Positions 28,911-42,900 of a DNA stretch of 64,000 nucleotides are shown piece after piece. This DNA is from Octopus sinensis (lineage: Eukaryota), in assembly GCF_006345805.1 (NCBI RefSeq), contig NC_043009.1, positions 2,232,001 to 2,296,000 on the forward strand, read 5' to 3'. The translations under genes were made by a program, and so were the position numbers. The notes under the pieces were generated by a model, which worked only from the letters and a program-made list of their open reading frames with translations, was not told the DNA's origin and did no database searches. The number at the start of each line of letters is the position of its first letter. The stretch's first letter is position 1.

Positions 28911-29302
28911 GCGCAGGAGTGGCTGTGTGGTAATTAGCTTGCTTACTAGCCACATGGTTCTGGGTTCAGTCCCACTGTGTGGCACCTGGAGCAAGCGTCT
29001 TCTATTATAGCCTCGAGTCGACTAAAGCCTTGTGATTGGATTTGGTAGACGGAAGCTGAAAGAAGCCCGTCGTATATATGTATATATATATATATGTGTG
29101 TGTATGTGTTCGCCCCCCCCCTCCAACATCGCTTGACAACCGATGCTGGTGTGTTTTCGTCTCCGTAACTTAACGGTTCGGCAAAAGATACCGATAAAAT
29201 AAGTACTAGGCTTATAAATAATAAGTCCTGGTGTCTATTTGCACGACTAAAGGCGGTGCATGGCAGCAGTCAAATGGCTGAAAGAGCTAAAAGAGTAAAA
29301 GT
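28911..29302 (+). mobile_element. tRNA-derived SINE type A
   Basis: Colinear with 5114-5521. Confidence 0.85.
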
Positions 29303-30312
29303 GTAACGTTTGAATATCGCTTGAGATACAAACAAACGAAATGTCGTGCATCTTGAACATTTAATATTTCAAGAAAGAATAGAAAAATATTCTTTTATTT
29401 TGTAAACTTGTACCATCTTTTGAACATAAATATATAGTAGAATAAAGTTTCTACTCCAATTCACATACAGACCATAAGTTAGGAAATTCATACAAGAAAG
29501 CATTATCACCTGGACGATTTAAAGTAACGTTTCATTATTATATGAGGTAGAATACAAAAGAGAAGCCGGGTTGTTTAATTCGGGATATTAAATTGAAGTC
29601 AGAAGTTAGAACAGACAAACATTCCTTGGTTCTGCAAAATTCCACTATCTTTTTCAAAGGAAATATAAAAAGGAATCCTTTTCTACTCAAATTCACTTAA
29701 CATAACTTATTGAACATTAACAGATTTCGATAACATACTATCAACTGTCAATAATAATAAAATAATGATTAATTGAAATTACTAGAACGTAAATAGCATT
29801 AACACATCAAAAATGCAATTGTCATTCAGAAAACGTATGTCCAGTTAATGGCAATTGTATAAGCAACACATTTTTCTATCCACCGCCTGTCACATTTAAT
29901 ATTAATCAAAATTGAATTGATTATATTGGAATGACAGCATATCAATTTGAAGATTAGATATTATCAGAATAATTATACATTTAATAACATTGCAAAAACG
30001 ATTTGACATTTGCTTAAGCGACACAAGTTTTTTTTTGTTGGGGAATAATATTTTAATCTAGAATATTAGATGGTGCTGTTAGACAATCAATAAGACATAC
30101 AGAATCTAATTTCTTCTGTAGCTTACGTAGCGCTGACTTAAACTTATTTAGGAAAAACACTAACAACTGATACGTAGAGACATATGTTCTATGAAAATGT
30201 AATTACCTATGTATATAAATGCTAGTGTGCGTGTACTTAAGTGGTTGTCTTCGGAATATATATAGTCGTGTATGTTTGTGTGAGTGTGTGTATGAAAGTA
30301 TGTATGTATGTA

Positions 30313-30878
30313 TTGGTTTGTCCGGAAAGTTCCTGCCGATTTATAGTAGCTTACCTTTCGACTTATTTTAGAACATGTTTGAGTCCATAAAATAGCATTT
30401 AACTATACCTCCGTTTTGAGCACAGGTTAAGCTATCTTTTCGTGGAAGAAGGTTTAAGTTCCTATAACCTGTGCTAATTCTGTAACCCTTTAAAATGGTA
30501 GATAAGGAAGTTCATTTTCGGCACTTGATGCTTTGGGAACCAGACAAAAATTGCTGCAGCTCGGCTGGGATGTGTTACCCACACCCTCCATATTCACTAG
30601 ATATTGCTCCTTCGGATTTCCACTTATTCACATCTCTGCAGAATAGTCTTAATGTTAAAAGTTTAACTTCTTTGGATGATGTAAAAAGATACCTTGATGA
30701 ATTCTTTGCTATGAAACCACTTCAATTCTGGGAAGAGGGTATTTTCAAGTTAAAGGAAAGATGGAGACGCATTGTGCAACAAAATGTTTCATATTTGGTT
30801 GATTAAAGATGTAATGGCAAGTATTTATTGACCTTTTTCTTTCCTTTAAAAATCGGCACGAACTTTCCGGACATCTTA

Positions 30879-30879
<1 letters not shown>
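30313..30879 (+). mobile_element. Internally deleted mariner element
   Basis: TA flanks (30311-12, 30880-81); imperfect TIRs tt-g--tgtccggaaagttc-tgccgattt; ORF 30495-30806 carries HPPYSLDIAPSDFHLF (YSPDLAPSD motif) and the typical KLKERWRRIVQQNVSY end. Confidence 0.9.
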
Positions 30880-30909
<30 letters not shown>

Positions 30910-31080
30910 TCTATTTGTCTGTCTATCCATGAATGTAGTGCAGAGGACTAGGTACCCCGTGGAGTTAACCTTCGATAAAGTTTTCGGTGTAAAAAATTCA
31001 AATCATTTGAGTTGCACAAATGATGTGATTAATAATAAATTCTCATATATTCCATCTTCCGTCATTTGTTTACTATATAT

Positions 31081-31440
31081 CTACGGCACTCCGTCGGTTA
31101 CGACGCCAAGGGTTCCGGTTGATACGATCAACGGAACGGCCTGCTTCTAAAATTAACGTGCAAGTAGCCGAGCACTCCACAGACACGTGTACCCTTCGGG
31201 GAAATTCAGCGTGACACAGAGTGTGACTAGGTTGCCCTTTGAAATACAGGTACAACAGAAACACGAAGAAAGTGTGTGATAAAATTGTGGTGAAAGAGTG
31301 CAGCGGTGTTCGCCACCACCGCCTGCCGGTACCTCGTGTAGCTTTAGGTGTTTTCGCTCAATACTTAGACACAAGGGCCGGTCTGGAAATCGAAACCGCG
31401 ATCCTACAACCGCGTGTCTGCTGCCCTTGCGTCTCCACAC
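31081..31440 (-). mobile_element. Chimeric SINE: type E head/body with type D tail
   Basis: 31270-31440 is the reverse complement of the type E head; 31170-31255 matches 32548-32650 (gagcactccacagac...gacacagagtgtgac...tttgaaatacaggtacaac). Confidence 0.75.
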
Positions 31441-31498
31441 TCACACACAGATATATATATACATAACAACACACACGCATATATATGTATATATATAA

Positions 31499-31579
<81 letters not shown>

Positions 31580-31599
31580 CATATATATGTGCGCAGGTG

Positions 31600-31835
31600 T
31601 GTGTGTGTATGTGCGTATGTTAATGTCTGTGTTTGTACCCCACCACCTCTTGGCAATTAGTGTTGGTGTGTTTATATTAACGGAATGTTGTGGTTCAGCT
31701 TAAGAGATAGATAGAATACATACGAGTCTTAAAACAAAAAGTATCGGGGTTGGTTCATTCGACTAATAATTCTCCAAGGCGGTGCCACCAGCATAGTCGC
31801 AGTCAAATGACTGAAGCAAGCAAAAGATAAGAGAC
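31600..31835 (+). mobile_element. SINE type A, 3' half
   Basis: ggtgtgtttat...aaggcggtgcc...gcagtcaaatgactgaa tail. Confidence 0.65.
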
Positions 31836-32544
31836 AAGCCATTGGCCATTGAGGACCGACCTGGGGGTAAATAAAACATCGTCCTAAAACGAAAAGCTCT
31901 GTCCTAATATTAGCTGTGGTTAACCTCAGAGGTAGCTAGTCCCAAACTATGAGCCTCATAATTTTAATCAGTTATACACTCTAGAAAGAGATATGTGCTG
32001 CAGCCTACAGTATCAGCCTGTCTCTCAGTACCTTTCCTTCTCAATTTATCTCACTCACTTACACATACGCATACAAATATTCACACGCATTGATGTGATT
32101 AGCTATCTGCATGTTCTTACTAATATTGCTGCAATTCAATCTTTCACTTCAGAGTTAGTATGACAAACATCAAATATCTTAATATTTTGGAGATTACGAA
32201 TGAAATTCAATCTGTATGAAACAAAGCCAATAGAACACACCATTCTGTCACTGGATGGTTTTAACACAGCTGCCTGTTATGGAGTTTAATATTGCACACT
32301 ATTTGGAAATTTGACAATTAACTTGTGAAGAAGCCTTTCATTGCTTGGTTAACGGATATCGCATTACAATTGCCATTTGTTATCGGATAATAAATACTAC
32401 AGAATCCATCGTTATACACTGGGGAATTATAATATACTTACTGTTCAGGAGATTGTTATATCGTGGTGATACGATGCTTGTTACGTTGCATCGTCATTCC
32501 TCGGTGCCGAAATTATGGATATCAGTGTTGAGAAAAGTAAATAT

Positions 32545-32793
32545 ACCTACCTCCCTGAGCACTCCACAGACCTGTGTACCCCTAACGTAGTCTCAGGGAG
32601 ATTCAGCTTGACACAGAGTGTGACATGGCTGGCTCTTTGAAATACAGGTACAACCTACTTTTGCCAGTTGAGTGTACTAGACCAACGTAAAATAAAGTGC
32701 CTCGCTCAAGGACACAACGCGTCGACGGGAATTGAACTCAAGACCTTGAGATCTTGATCCGAATGCCCTAACCACTAAGCTAAGCGCCTTCAC
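32545..32793 (-). mobile_element. tRNA-derived SINE type D
   Basis: Minus-strand head gtgaaggcgcttagcttagtggttagggc...gagttcaattccc followed by gtgtccttgagcgaggcacttt. Confidence 0.75.
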
Positions 32794-32800
32794 ATACATG

Positions 32801-32874
32801 TTGGGTTGTCCGGAAAGTTCGTACCGATTTATAGTAGCTTACCTTTCGACTTATTTTAGAACATAGTTGAGTCC

Positions 32875-32878
<4 letters not shown>
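32801..32878 (+). mobile_element. Left end of the same mariner family as 30313-30879
   Basis: ttgggttgtccggaaagttcgtaccgatttatagtagcttacctttcgacttattttagaacat is near-identical to 30313-30390. Confidence 0.85.
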
Positions 32879-32903
<25 letters not shown>

Positions 32904-32905
<2 letters not shown>

Positions 32906-33118
32906 GATTATAACATACAATGGAATATTTTGGCCAGATGTAAGCCCTATACCAACGGCAGCGGAAGGTGCGGTCTATGCGACATGGAGAGATGGCTTAT
33001 CTGGAAAAGCAGCTTAGACCCTACTACATGTCTAAATACAAGGACAGAGCTTTTCGGATCATGCCCACATGTGACTAAATTTCTGTTACGTTTTTGGTCC
33101 CCTAAAGAAAACAGATAG
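32904..33118 (+). pseudogene. PLE GIY-YIG endonuclease C-terminal fragment
   Basis: DYNIQWNILARCKPYTNGSGRCGLCDMERWLI...CLNTRTELFGSCPHVTKFLL; same CxLC...LNxRxE...CxH pattern as 136-450. Confidence 0.75.
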
Positions 33119-33274
33119 AACATGCTTTCTATGTTATGTCCCTAGAAGAATTTATATATTTTTATATAAGTTTTATGATGAAAAATGCGAGTGATGTATA
33201 AGTACGCAGGCAAGCAGAGTTATAACACAGTAATTTCCCTTTATTTAACGGTATTTTTTCATAGCGTTTTCAAA

Positions 33275-33348
33275 TAGCCAGATAACCGAAGAGATGGTGT
33301 TGTGGATTTCCACTTCGGCATCTGAAACTCAGAGTTTTATCTTGACTA
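33275..33348 (+). ncRNA. Decayed hammerhead motif downstream of the PLE fragment
   Basis: Helix I AGATAA/TTATCT; core CCGAAGA (one change from CTGAAGA); helix II GATG...CATC; extra T; GAAA; helix III CTC-A-GAG; triplet GTT. Confidence 0.5.
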
Positions 33349-33395
33349 CCGAGTAATGTAACATATTATTGTATATATATATATATATATTATAT

Positions 33396-33459
<64 letters not shown>

Positions 33460-33743
33460 TATTTATGTCCAGTCTATCGTTGTTTGTTCGTTCGAAGTAG
33501 TAAATTACCCTGAATTTTATATAAAAATTTCTAGATGATGCTGTCTTATAAAGTTCCCTAAATTGTCGTTAAAAGCACGAAATAGTAATTATCAGTCCGT
33601 AGTCGGACAACTGATGAGTAGTTTTCTGCCTCTGGTACTTTTCTCCTGTGAGTTTACGTATTTGTCACTCGTTGGTGACGTCCCGTACACAATGTGTATT
33701 TTTCATATATATGTATACATATATATATATATATTATATATAT

Positions 33744-33794
<51 letters not shown>

Positions 33795-35413
33795 GCATAC
33801 ATACAAACATGTATATATATATAAATATGTATGTACAGAGAAAGAGAGGAACTGAGACAGCGACTGTGTTGTCTATACAGCTAGCTGTATATGTATTTGT
33901 ATGTGTGCGTGTCTCTGAGGAGGCATTTATATTTCAAGAGAATTACAGGTCACCTAAGTTAAATTACTTTTTATTCGTGCGTAGGTCAGCTCTAATTAAA
34001 GAGACGTGTGGACAATAGAAGATCTCGTCGTGACGATCTTACAATTTCTTTTTTATGTCTTGCTCGATTTTTTACGATGTGCCCTACATTTCATTTAAGA
34101 ATAACGATTATAAATTCAGGCAAAGTTTGCCGTTCCTTCTAGAAGTTGAACTAATCACTTAGGTATTCACTCTGCTCGTAATTCTTACTTTATTTTTTGA
34201 AAATATGTATTCGTTAAATAAGCTATTGTTATTTCTAACTTTCTGCCTCTAAATTTCTTATGTCTATGTAAATATCCTTAGAAATATGTGTTACTTTAAA
34301 CATCCTTTTATTGCTTCACGAAATCTCTGCGTATGGTTATATTAGAGTAGTCTCACAAGAGATAAAAAGCACCGTTTAGTATTTTAAGAGCACCAAGAGA
34401 CCTTGCAGAGTTCAGCCTTTAATTATATATTTCCGTGACGCCAAATCTACTTGATAAGAATTACCATCAACACAATGTTGTTAAAAAAAATATACTCATT
34501 GTTTCTATTTTATTGCACTGACCAACCCTTGAGAGAGTGGAAGAGAGAAAATGAGAAAGAGAGAGCACTATTAATCTTTGATCTATTATCGACCACTACC
34601 TACTTTAAAGATATATAAGAAATCAGACCCCGTAGAAAAAAAAAGAACATAATTTAACATCACTAAGTTTGTCAAAATCGATACTTTTCCTCCATCAATA
34701 TACTTCAACATCAGACATCAGGATAATATCTATCATCATAGACATTATTTCTCTGTTATATGTCGACTATCAAAGACAGTGAACGTTTAGGCTACTGAAA
34801 TAATCATCAGTGTGGTTTAATCAATTCTAAGTACCAGTTCTTCTGATCATCACGCATTCGTTTAATCGGGAAGAAAAGAAAAACAGAGAAGAAGAAAAGA
34901 ACGAAAGAAAAGAATGAAACCGGGATTCTGAATACATTGATCAGATTTGACGTTCCTTGCTGTATGTCCATACATAAAATAATTAATTCTCAAAGTTGCA
35001 GAAAAGCAAATTGGCAAATTGTAGCAGCAGTAGGTGTAGTTGAGATATAGAAAATAAATTTTGTTCCTGACGATCTTGTTTAACCACTGGTTTATTCCCT
35101 TGGTCAACAGGACACGTATATAGAAATGCATTTCTACAATGATCTCCCCGCTAGTTGTTTTGCAGCTATTTCATATGAGATGTGCTTTGTTCTAAACTAT
35201 GCATGATATCACGGATAATGGAGGCAATTATAAGTTGATCGAAAGATGCTGTAAACTAGTAACAAGAATTCGATCGATTTTTTTTGTAGTAAATGTCTTT
35301 CGAATATACATATGCACATGGATTTCGAAATGTTGATTGCATCTCGTTTTAATCACTCATTTCAGATGTATACATATATACATATATTCTGGATGGGTAT
35401 GTTTTCTGAAGAC

Positions 35414-35674
35414 GTGGAGGCGCAATGGCGCAGCGGTTAGGGCAGTGGATTCGCAACTACACCCAAAGCTCCATGAGGCTCCGGCAGTGGGTGGTGGCGA
35501 CCCCTGTTGTACTCTTTCCCCCCAACTTTCTATTACTTTTTCTTCCTGTTTCTTGAGTAACGTTGCGATGGACTGGCGTCCCGTCCAGCTGCTGGAAACA
35601 TATACGCCACAGAAACCCGGAAACCGGGCCCATGAGCCTGGCTAGGCTTGAAAAGGGTGCATAAATTAATAAAA
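35414..35674 (+). mobile_element. tRNA-derived SINE type E with 15-bp TSD
   Basis: TSD atgttttctgaagac at 35399-35413 and 35675-35689; internal deletion after the head. Confidence 0.85.
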
Positions 35675-36188
35675 ATGTTTTCTGAAGACTTGAAGAAAAC
35701 AGTAATATCGATATAAAATGCAACCTCTCATGGACTCGTGACTTTCTTGGACATCACATTCTACTTCGAAAGCTATGAATTTATAATCGAACAATAGGAG
35801 ATTCATATGAAATATCTAATCAACGAAAGAGACAGCGCAACTTTTGGAGCTCCAAGATGCACCCGAAAGTGTAGATTATGTCACATTTCTGTGGAAGACA
35901 TCACACGTTTCTTTAGCATTTGCCTCAGAATATTATCAACATACTACCTCTGTATGAAACACGACCTTTTCGCAAAAACAATATAAAATGTATAGCCTGC
36001 TAGTGACGATGTTTCCTGGGGCTGAATAACTGTAACATTCGTCCTAAATCAGTACTGCCACGTTATGTTGCCAAAGAATTTTTACTCTAGAGTACTGTTA
36101 CTGAATGTCTCTCGTTTAGAGATATACAAATAGAAATTTTCTATTTTAATATAAAATATTATACTGTCATGGAATGAATATACAAAAT

Positions 36189-36407
36189 ATAAAGGAGGGG
36201 TGTGGCAGAATCGTTAACATGCCGGGTAGTTGGTCTGCCGCTACGTTCTGAGTTGAAATTCCGCCGAGGTCGACTTTGCCTTTCATCCTTTCTGGGTCGA
36301 TAAATTAAGTACCAGTTACGCACTGGTGTCGATGTAATCAACGTAATCCCTTTTTCTGTCTTGCTTGTCCCCTCTATGTTTAGCCACTTGTGGGCAATAA
36401 AGAAATA
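36189..36407 (+). mobile_element. tRNA-derived SINE type B monomer with 18-bp TSD
   Basis: TSD ggaatgaatatacaaaat at 36171-36188 and 36408-36425; body is the reverse complement of the 184-bp array unit. Confidence 0.9.
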
Positions 36408-36454
36408 GGAATGAATATACAAAATCGCCCTCTTATTAAATATATACACAGACA

Positions 36455-36853
36455 TCACCACAAGGAACACTGGTGGGATATTCTAATCAAAGCATCTGTG
36501 AAGAGTAAACATAACACACTGGATATTTTGTTTGGGACAGACAAGTAAAAGTATGTACCGTCAGAGAGGTCAGCTGTTCTTCTGATGTGAATATCTCTGT
36601 GAAAATCAAAGAGAAAGAGGATATCTATGGACAACTGCTTCGAAAGGTCATGCTTTTATATCCAGATTATACATTTACATCTATACCAATAATAATTGAT
36701 GCACTTGGTTTTGTGAGTAAATGCCTAAATGGCAGTTTGGATAAGCTAATTGTGTTCAGAGAAGCAAATCAAACCACTAACTCACAAACTACAAATATAT
36801 TCTGTAAGCGGAATACTAAAAATATGCAGACTCTTCCTAAGTTTAAAATTTGA
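36455..36853 (+). pseudogene. Restriction-like endonuclease end of an R4/Dong-like non-LTR retrotransposon
   Basis: HWWDILIKASVKSKHNTLDIL/WDRQVKVCTVREVSCSSDVNISVKIKEKEDIYG...IPIIIDALG.../KLQIYSVSGILKIC, resembling HNRPDI...IEVxxP.D.N...K..EK...Y...PIxIGALG; two frameshifts. Confidence 0.7.
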
Positions 36854-37638
36854 CACTCTTTACCTACATTCCAAACGATGCAGTCTTGTATTTTTCTTAG
36901 AAATCAACTACCTTCCAAGACGAATAATTTAAAGAATAAAAAATGAAGAAAACATACACATACACAGGCACAGACGCAGACACATCCACCCACAGACACA
37001 GAATCGCACACAAACACACACACACGCATACACGCACACGCACACATACACACACATGCACATATATGTATATTGTTTAGCATTTGATTTGCAAACTTCT
37101 TGATGTAAAATAAAATGCTGATGTAAAATGAGATGTCAGTTTTCCAAGAAAAAGGTCCGCTGGTAGTATTTCAGTTCATTTATCTTTATTTTTCAGGCAG
37201 TTAAATAAGTAACTAAATAACTGGTCACAACTTGAAGATTAACGTCATTAGTTAGTAATGTGGTTCCGTAGTGTCCATGTGCCACAATTTTCCATTCGAC
37301 AATGGTGTTCTCATGTTCATGGTTGCCACAGATTTGGAACGAAATATCACAGATATTTAAATGAAGTTTTTTCGGTGTGACTCAAGCAAAGCCGTCAGTT
37401 AACATCTTTAACAAATTTTCCTCTCGCCCTTGCTCACACACATGAGTAGCTTTTAAGTTTATCGCCTATTTATTACTTGAGCCAGTCACTGGAAAGCGAC
37501 TTTCTTGGTGCAGTGCCTCGAAGTGTCTACTAGATGACATCGCCAAACACGAAGACACACTCAAACAATTGACTGGTTTCCGAATTCAATCAGTCATAAT
37601 AAAAGAAAAAGACATTTCCGGAGATACCTGTAAGTGAG

Positions 37639-37840
37639 ATTCTTTTCTACTCTAGGCACAAGGCCCGAAAGTTTGGGGATAGAGCCAGTCGATTAGATCG
37701 ATTCAGTACGCAACTGGTGCTTAATTTATCGATGAAAGGCAAAGTCGACCTCGGCGGAATTTAAACTCAGAACGTAAGGATAGACAAAAAACAGTTAAGC
37801 ATTTCGTCTGACGTGCTACCGTTTCTGCCAGCTCTCCGCC
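37639..37840 (-). mobile_element. SINE type B monomer, alternative tail
   Basis: aaagtcgacctcggcggaattt-aactcagaacgta body plus head; tail attcttttctac...gcacaaggcc also ends the big array at 39981. Confidence 0.8.
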
Positions 37841-38351
37841 GAAACCATATCATTGCAGAGCGAACTGCTTAACCACACAGCCACGCGTCCTACATATCAA
37901 CTATTTTGGGTAATATTTCTTTTAGAGTCTCGGGTTGTTTTTCAATGTAAAAGTTTATTTTCTGTTGAACGATGCTTATCTACTTCATGAGTGCAATAGT
38001 TTGAAAAGCCGGCTTTGTAAATGATCTCTTATTTGACGTAAAAGTTAATTATTTTGCGTTATTTTAAAATAGCCATGTAACATATGATTCTTCTCTTTTA
38101 ATAATACAACCAAGAATTTCCCGAAAATATAATTTAATCATGGAATTAGTGACCCAGGGAAATCCAGAGTGAAAAGTATGACTACATTCACACACACAAA
38201 CACACACACACACACATACGTACAAACGCATCCGCCCACAGCTACAGGCACTTGTACACACATACACAATCATCTATGGATAAATATATATATATATCTT
38301 TTAAATACACAGTTATGTATGTATGCGTATGTATGTAATTCCATTTATATG

Positions 38352-38386
<35 letters not shown>

Positions 38387-38418
38387 GAACTATTGCACAC
38401 ACAAACACACACACACAG

Positions 38419-38459
<41 letters not shown>

Positions 38460-38733
38460 GACTATTACACTTGCAATCCCTTATGGCTACCTGCCCTTAA
38501 TTCTTTTACGTCTGCATCTGGAATATGGCGTCTGTTATTATGAAATCATGCTGAATGCATTATGTCTTTCATTGATTTCTTTCTAACAGGTCATCATATG
38601 AAACTTCATATATATATCCACATATACACATTACCTCTTGACACACACATAGATATATATATCTATACACACATACACACATACATGCATACATACATTC
38701 ATAATTCACACACATGAAGAATATGTGTTGCGA

Positions 38734-38784
<51 letters not shown>

Positions 38785-39160
38785 CACCACCAACACCACC
38801 ACCACCACCACCACCAAACCACCACTACTACTACAACTAGCTCTTGTCCACTTAGGGATCCGGATTGAACCAGACCCCCACCTAGCAACTTAACAGGCCC
38901 TTCTCTTCAGCGTAATGATATTAATAAAGATGATGATGATAATACCAAACATTATTATTATTTTATTTATTTTCCACCGGGTCGAAGTATGAGGGGTACT
39001 ACACAAAGACAGAGAGAAACAAAATAAATAAATAATAAAAGAAGAGCAAGTATATACGAGATACCAGTGGTTCCCAACCTGGTATCCCTGGACCCTTGGT
39101 TGTCCGCAAAAGTAGTACTAGGGGTCAGTGAACTAAATTCAAAATTTCATAGATATAGTT

Positions 39161-39284
39161 GCAGGAGTGGGTGTGTGATAAGTAGTTGTTTAATAACCAC
39201 ATGGTCTCGGATTCAATCCCACTACTATAGACTCGGGCTGCCTTGTGAGTGGATTTGGTAGACGGAAACAAAAAGAAACCCGTC

Positions 39285-39371
<87 letters not shown>

Positions 39372-39587
39372 TGTATGTGTGTGTGTGTGTCTGTGTTTGT
39401 CTCCCCAACATTGCTTGACCACCGATACTGGTGTGTTTACGTCCCCGTAACTTAACGGTTCGGCAAAAGTGCCCGATGGAATAAGAACTAGGTTCCAAAG
39501 AATAAGTCCTGCGGTCGATTTATTCGACTAAAGGCGGTGCTCCATCATGGCCGCCGTCAAATGACTGAAACAAGTAAAAGAAAAAAA
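39161..39587 (+). mobile_element. tRNA-derived SINE type A
   Basis: Colinear with 5114-5521; expanded internal (TA)n(TG)n. Confidence 0.85.
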
Positions 39588-39597
39588 TATGCATATA

Positions 39598-39639
<42 letters not shown>

Positions 39640-39980
39640 ATAGATGGGACCTCTGTGAAAAGGTTGAGAACCACTACGGTATACAATGAAAAGGAAGGGA
39701 AATATACATAGTATACAAATGTAAAAGATAGGTAGGGTGACCTCTAAGGATAATTGAGGGACCCCACTGTCCAAAATTACCCTGAACACTAAGGGCAAGT
39801 GCCCTCTCCAATTCCTTTTCTCCGACTCACAAGTCTACGCTTAGATAGGTACCATCCACTCTTGCCATTTTCGCAGCTTTCACTCACCTTTCAAGAATAA
39901 TAAAAGATAAGGATGCCTAACAGACACATGTCTATGTTATATAATACGGAGTTTTCTACAGTATATTTCTAACTATAAAT

Positions 39981-42900
39981 ATTCTTTTCTACTAAAAGCA
40001 CAAGGCCTGAAATTTAGAGGAAGTGTTTAGACGATTACATCGACCCCAGTAGGTTACTGGTACTTGATTTATCGACTCCGAAAGGATGAAAGGCAAAGTC
40101 GACCTCGATGGAATTTGAACTCAGAACGTAACGTCAGGCGAAATACCCATTTCTTTACTGCCCACAAGGGGCTAAACATAGAGTGGACAAACAAGGACAG
40201 GCAAACGGATAAGGTCGATTATATCGACTCTAGTACCCAACCGGTACTTAATTTATCGACCCCGAAATTACAAAAGGTAAAATCGACCTCGGCGGAATTT
40301 GAACTCAGAACGTAACGTCAGGCGAAATACCCATTCTTACTGCCCACAAGGGGCTAAACATAGAGTGGACAAACAAGGACAGGCAAACGGATAAGGTCGA
40401 TTATATCGACTCTAGTACCCAACCGGTACTTAATTTATCGACCGCGAAATTACAAAAGGTAAAATCGACCTCGGCGGAATTTGAACTCAGAACGTAACGT
40501 CAGGCGAATACCCATGTCTTTACTGCCCACAAGGGGCTAAACATAGAGTGGACAAACAAGGACAGGCAAACGGATAAGGTCGATTATATCGACTCTAGTA
40601 CCCAACCGGTACTTAATTTATCGACCCCGAAATTACAAAAGGTAAAATCGACCTCGGCGGAATTTGAACTCAGAACGTAACGTCAGGCGAAATACCCATT
40701 TCTTTACTGCCCACAAGGGGCTAAACATAGAGTGGACAAACAAGGACAGGCAAACGGATAAGGTCGATTATATCGACTCTAGTACCCAACCGGTACTTAA
40801 TTTATCGACCCCGAAATTACAAAAGGTAAAATCGACCTCGGCGGAATTTGAACTCAGAACGTAACGTCAGGCGAAATACCCATTTCTTTACTGCCCACAA
40901 GGGGCAAACATAGAGTGGACAAACAAGGACAGGCAAACGGATAAGGTCGATTATATCGACTCTAGTACCCAACCGGTACTTAATTTATCGACCCCGAAAT
41001 TACAAAAGTAAAATCGACCTCGGCGGAATTTGAACTCAGAACGTAACGTCAGGCGAACTACCCATTCTTTACTGCCCACAAGGGGCTAAACATAGAGTGG
41101 ACAAACAAGGACAGGCAAACGGATAAGGTCGATTATATCGACTCTAGTACCCAACTGGTACTTAATTATCGACCCCGAAATTACAAAAGGTAAAATCGAC
41201 CTCGGCGGAATTTGAACTCAGAACGTAACGTCAGGCGAAATACCCATTTCTTTACTGCCCACAAGGGGCTAAACATAGAGTGGACAAACAAGGACAGGCA
41301 AACGGATAAGGTCGATTATATCGACTCTAGTACCCAACCGGTACTTAATTTATCGACCCCGAAATTACAAAAGGTAAAATCGACCTCGATGGAATTTGAA
41401 CTCAGAACGTAACGTCAGGCGAAATACCCATTTCTTTACTGCCCACAAGGGGCTAAACATAGAGTGGACAAACAAGGACAGGCAAACGGATAAGGTCGAT
41501 TATATCGACTCTAGTACCCAACCGGTACTTGATTTATCGACCCCGAAATTACAAAAGGTAAAATCGACCTCGATGGAATTTGAACTCAGAACGTAACGTC
41601 AGGCGAAATACCCATTTCTTTACTGCCCACAAGGGGCTAAACATAGAGTGGACAAACAAGGACAGGCAAACGGATAAGGTCGATTATATTGACTCTAGTA
41701 CCCAACTGGTACTTAATTTATCGACTCCGAAATTACAAAAGGTAAAATCGACCTCGATGGAATTTGAACTCAGAACGTAACGTCAGGCGAAATACCCATT
41801 TCTTTACTGCCCACAAGGGGCTAAACATAGAGTGGACAAACAAGGACAGGCAAACGGATAAGGTCGATTATATCGACTCTAGTACCCAACCGGTACTTAA
41901 TTTATCGACACCGAAATTACAAAAGGTAAAATCGACCTCGGCGGAATTTGAACTCAGAACGTAACGTCAGGCGAAATACCCATTTCTTTACTGCCCACAA
42001 GGGGCTAAACATAGAGTGGACAAACAAGGACAGGCAAACGGATAAGGTCGATTATATCGACTCTAGTACCCAACCGGTACTAATTTATCGACCCCGAAAT
42101 TACAAAAGGTAAAATCGACCTCGATGGAATTTGAACTCAGAACGTAACGTCAGGCGAAATACCCATTTCTTTACTGCCCACAAGGGGCTAACATAGAGTG
42201 GAGGACAAACAAGGACAGGCAAACGGATAAGGTCGATTATATCGACTCTAGTACCCAACCGGTACTTAATTTATCGACCCCGAAATTACAAAAGGTAAAA
42301 TCGACCTCGGCGGAATTGAACTCAGAACGTAACGTCAGGCGAAATACCCATTTCTTTACTGCCCACAAGGGGCTAAACATAGAGTGGACAAACAAGGACA
42401 GGCAACGGATAAGGTCGATTATATCGACTCTAGTACCCAACCGTTACTTAATTTATCGACCCCGAAATTACAAAAGTAAAATCGACCTCGGCGGAATTTG
42501 AACTCAGAACGTAACGTCAGGCGAAATACCCATTTCTTTACTGCCCACAAGGGGCTAAACATAGAGTGGACAAACAAGGACAGGCAACGGATAAGGTCGA
42601 TTATATCGACTCTAGTACCCAACCGGTACTTGATTTATCGACCCCGAAATTACAAAAGGTAAAATCGACCTCGATGGAATTTGAACTCAGAACGTAACGT
42701 CAGGCGAAATACCCATTTCTTTTCTGCCCACAGGGGCTAAACATAGAGTGGACAAACAAGGACAGGCAAACGGATAAGGTCGATTATATCGACTCTAGTA
42801 CCCAACCGGTACTTAATTTATCGACTCCGAAATTACAAAAGGTAAAATCGACCTCGATGGAATTTGAACTCAGAACGTAACGTCAGGCGAAATACCCATT

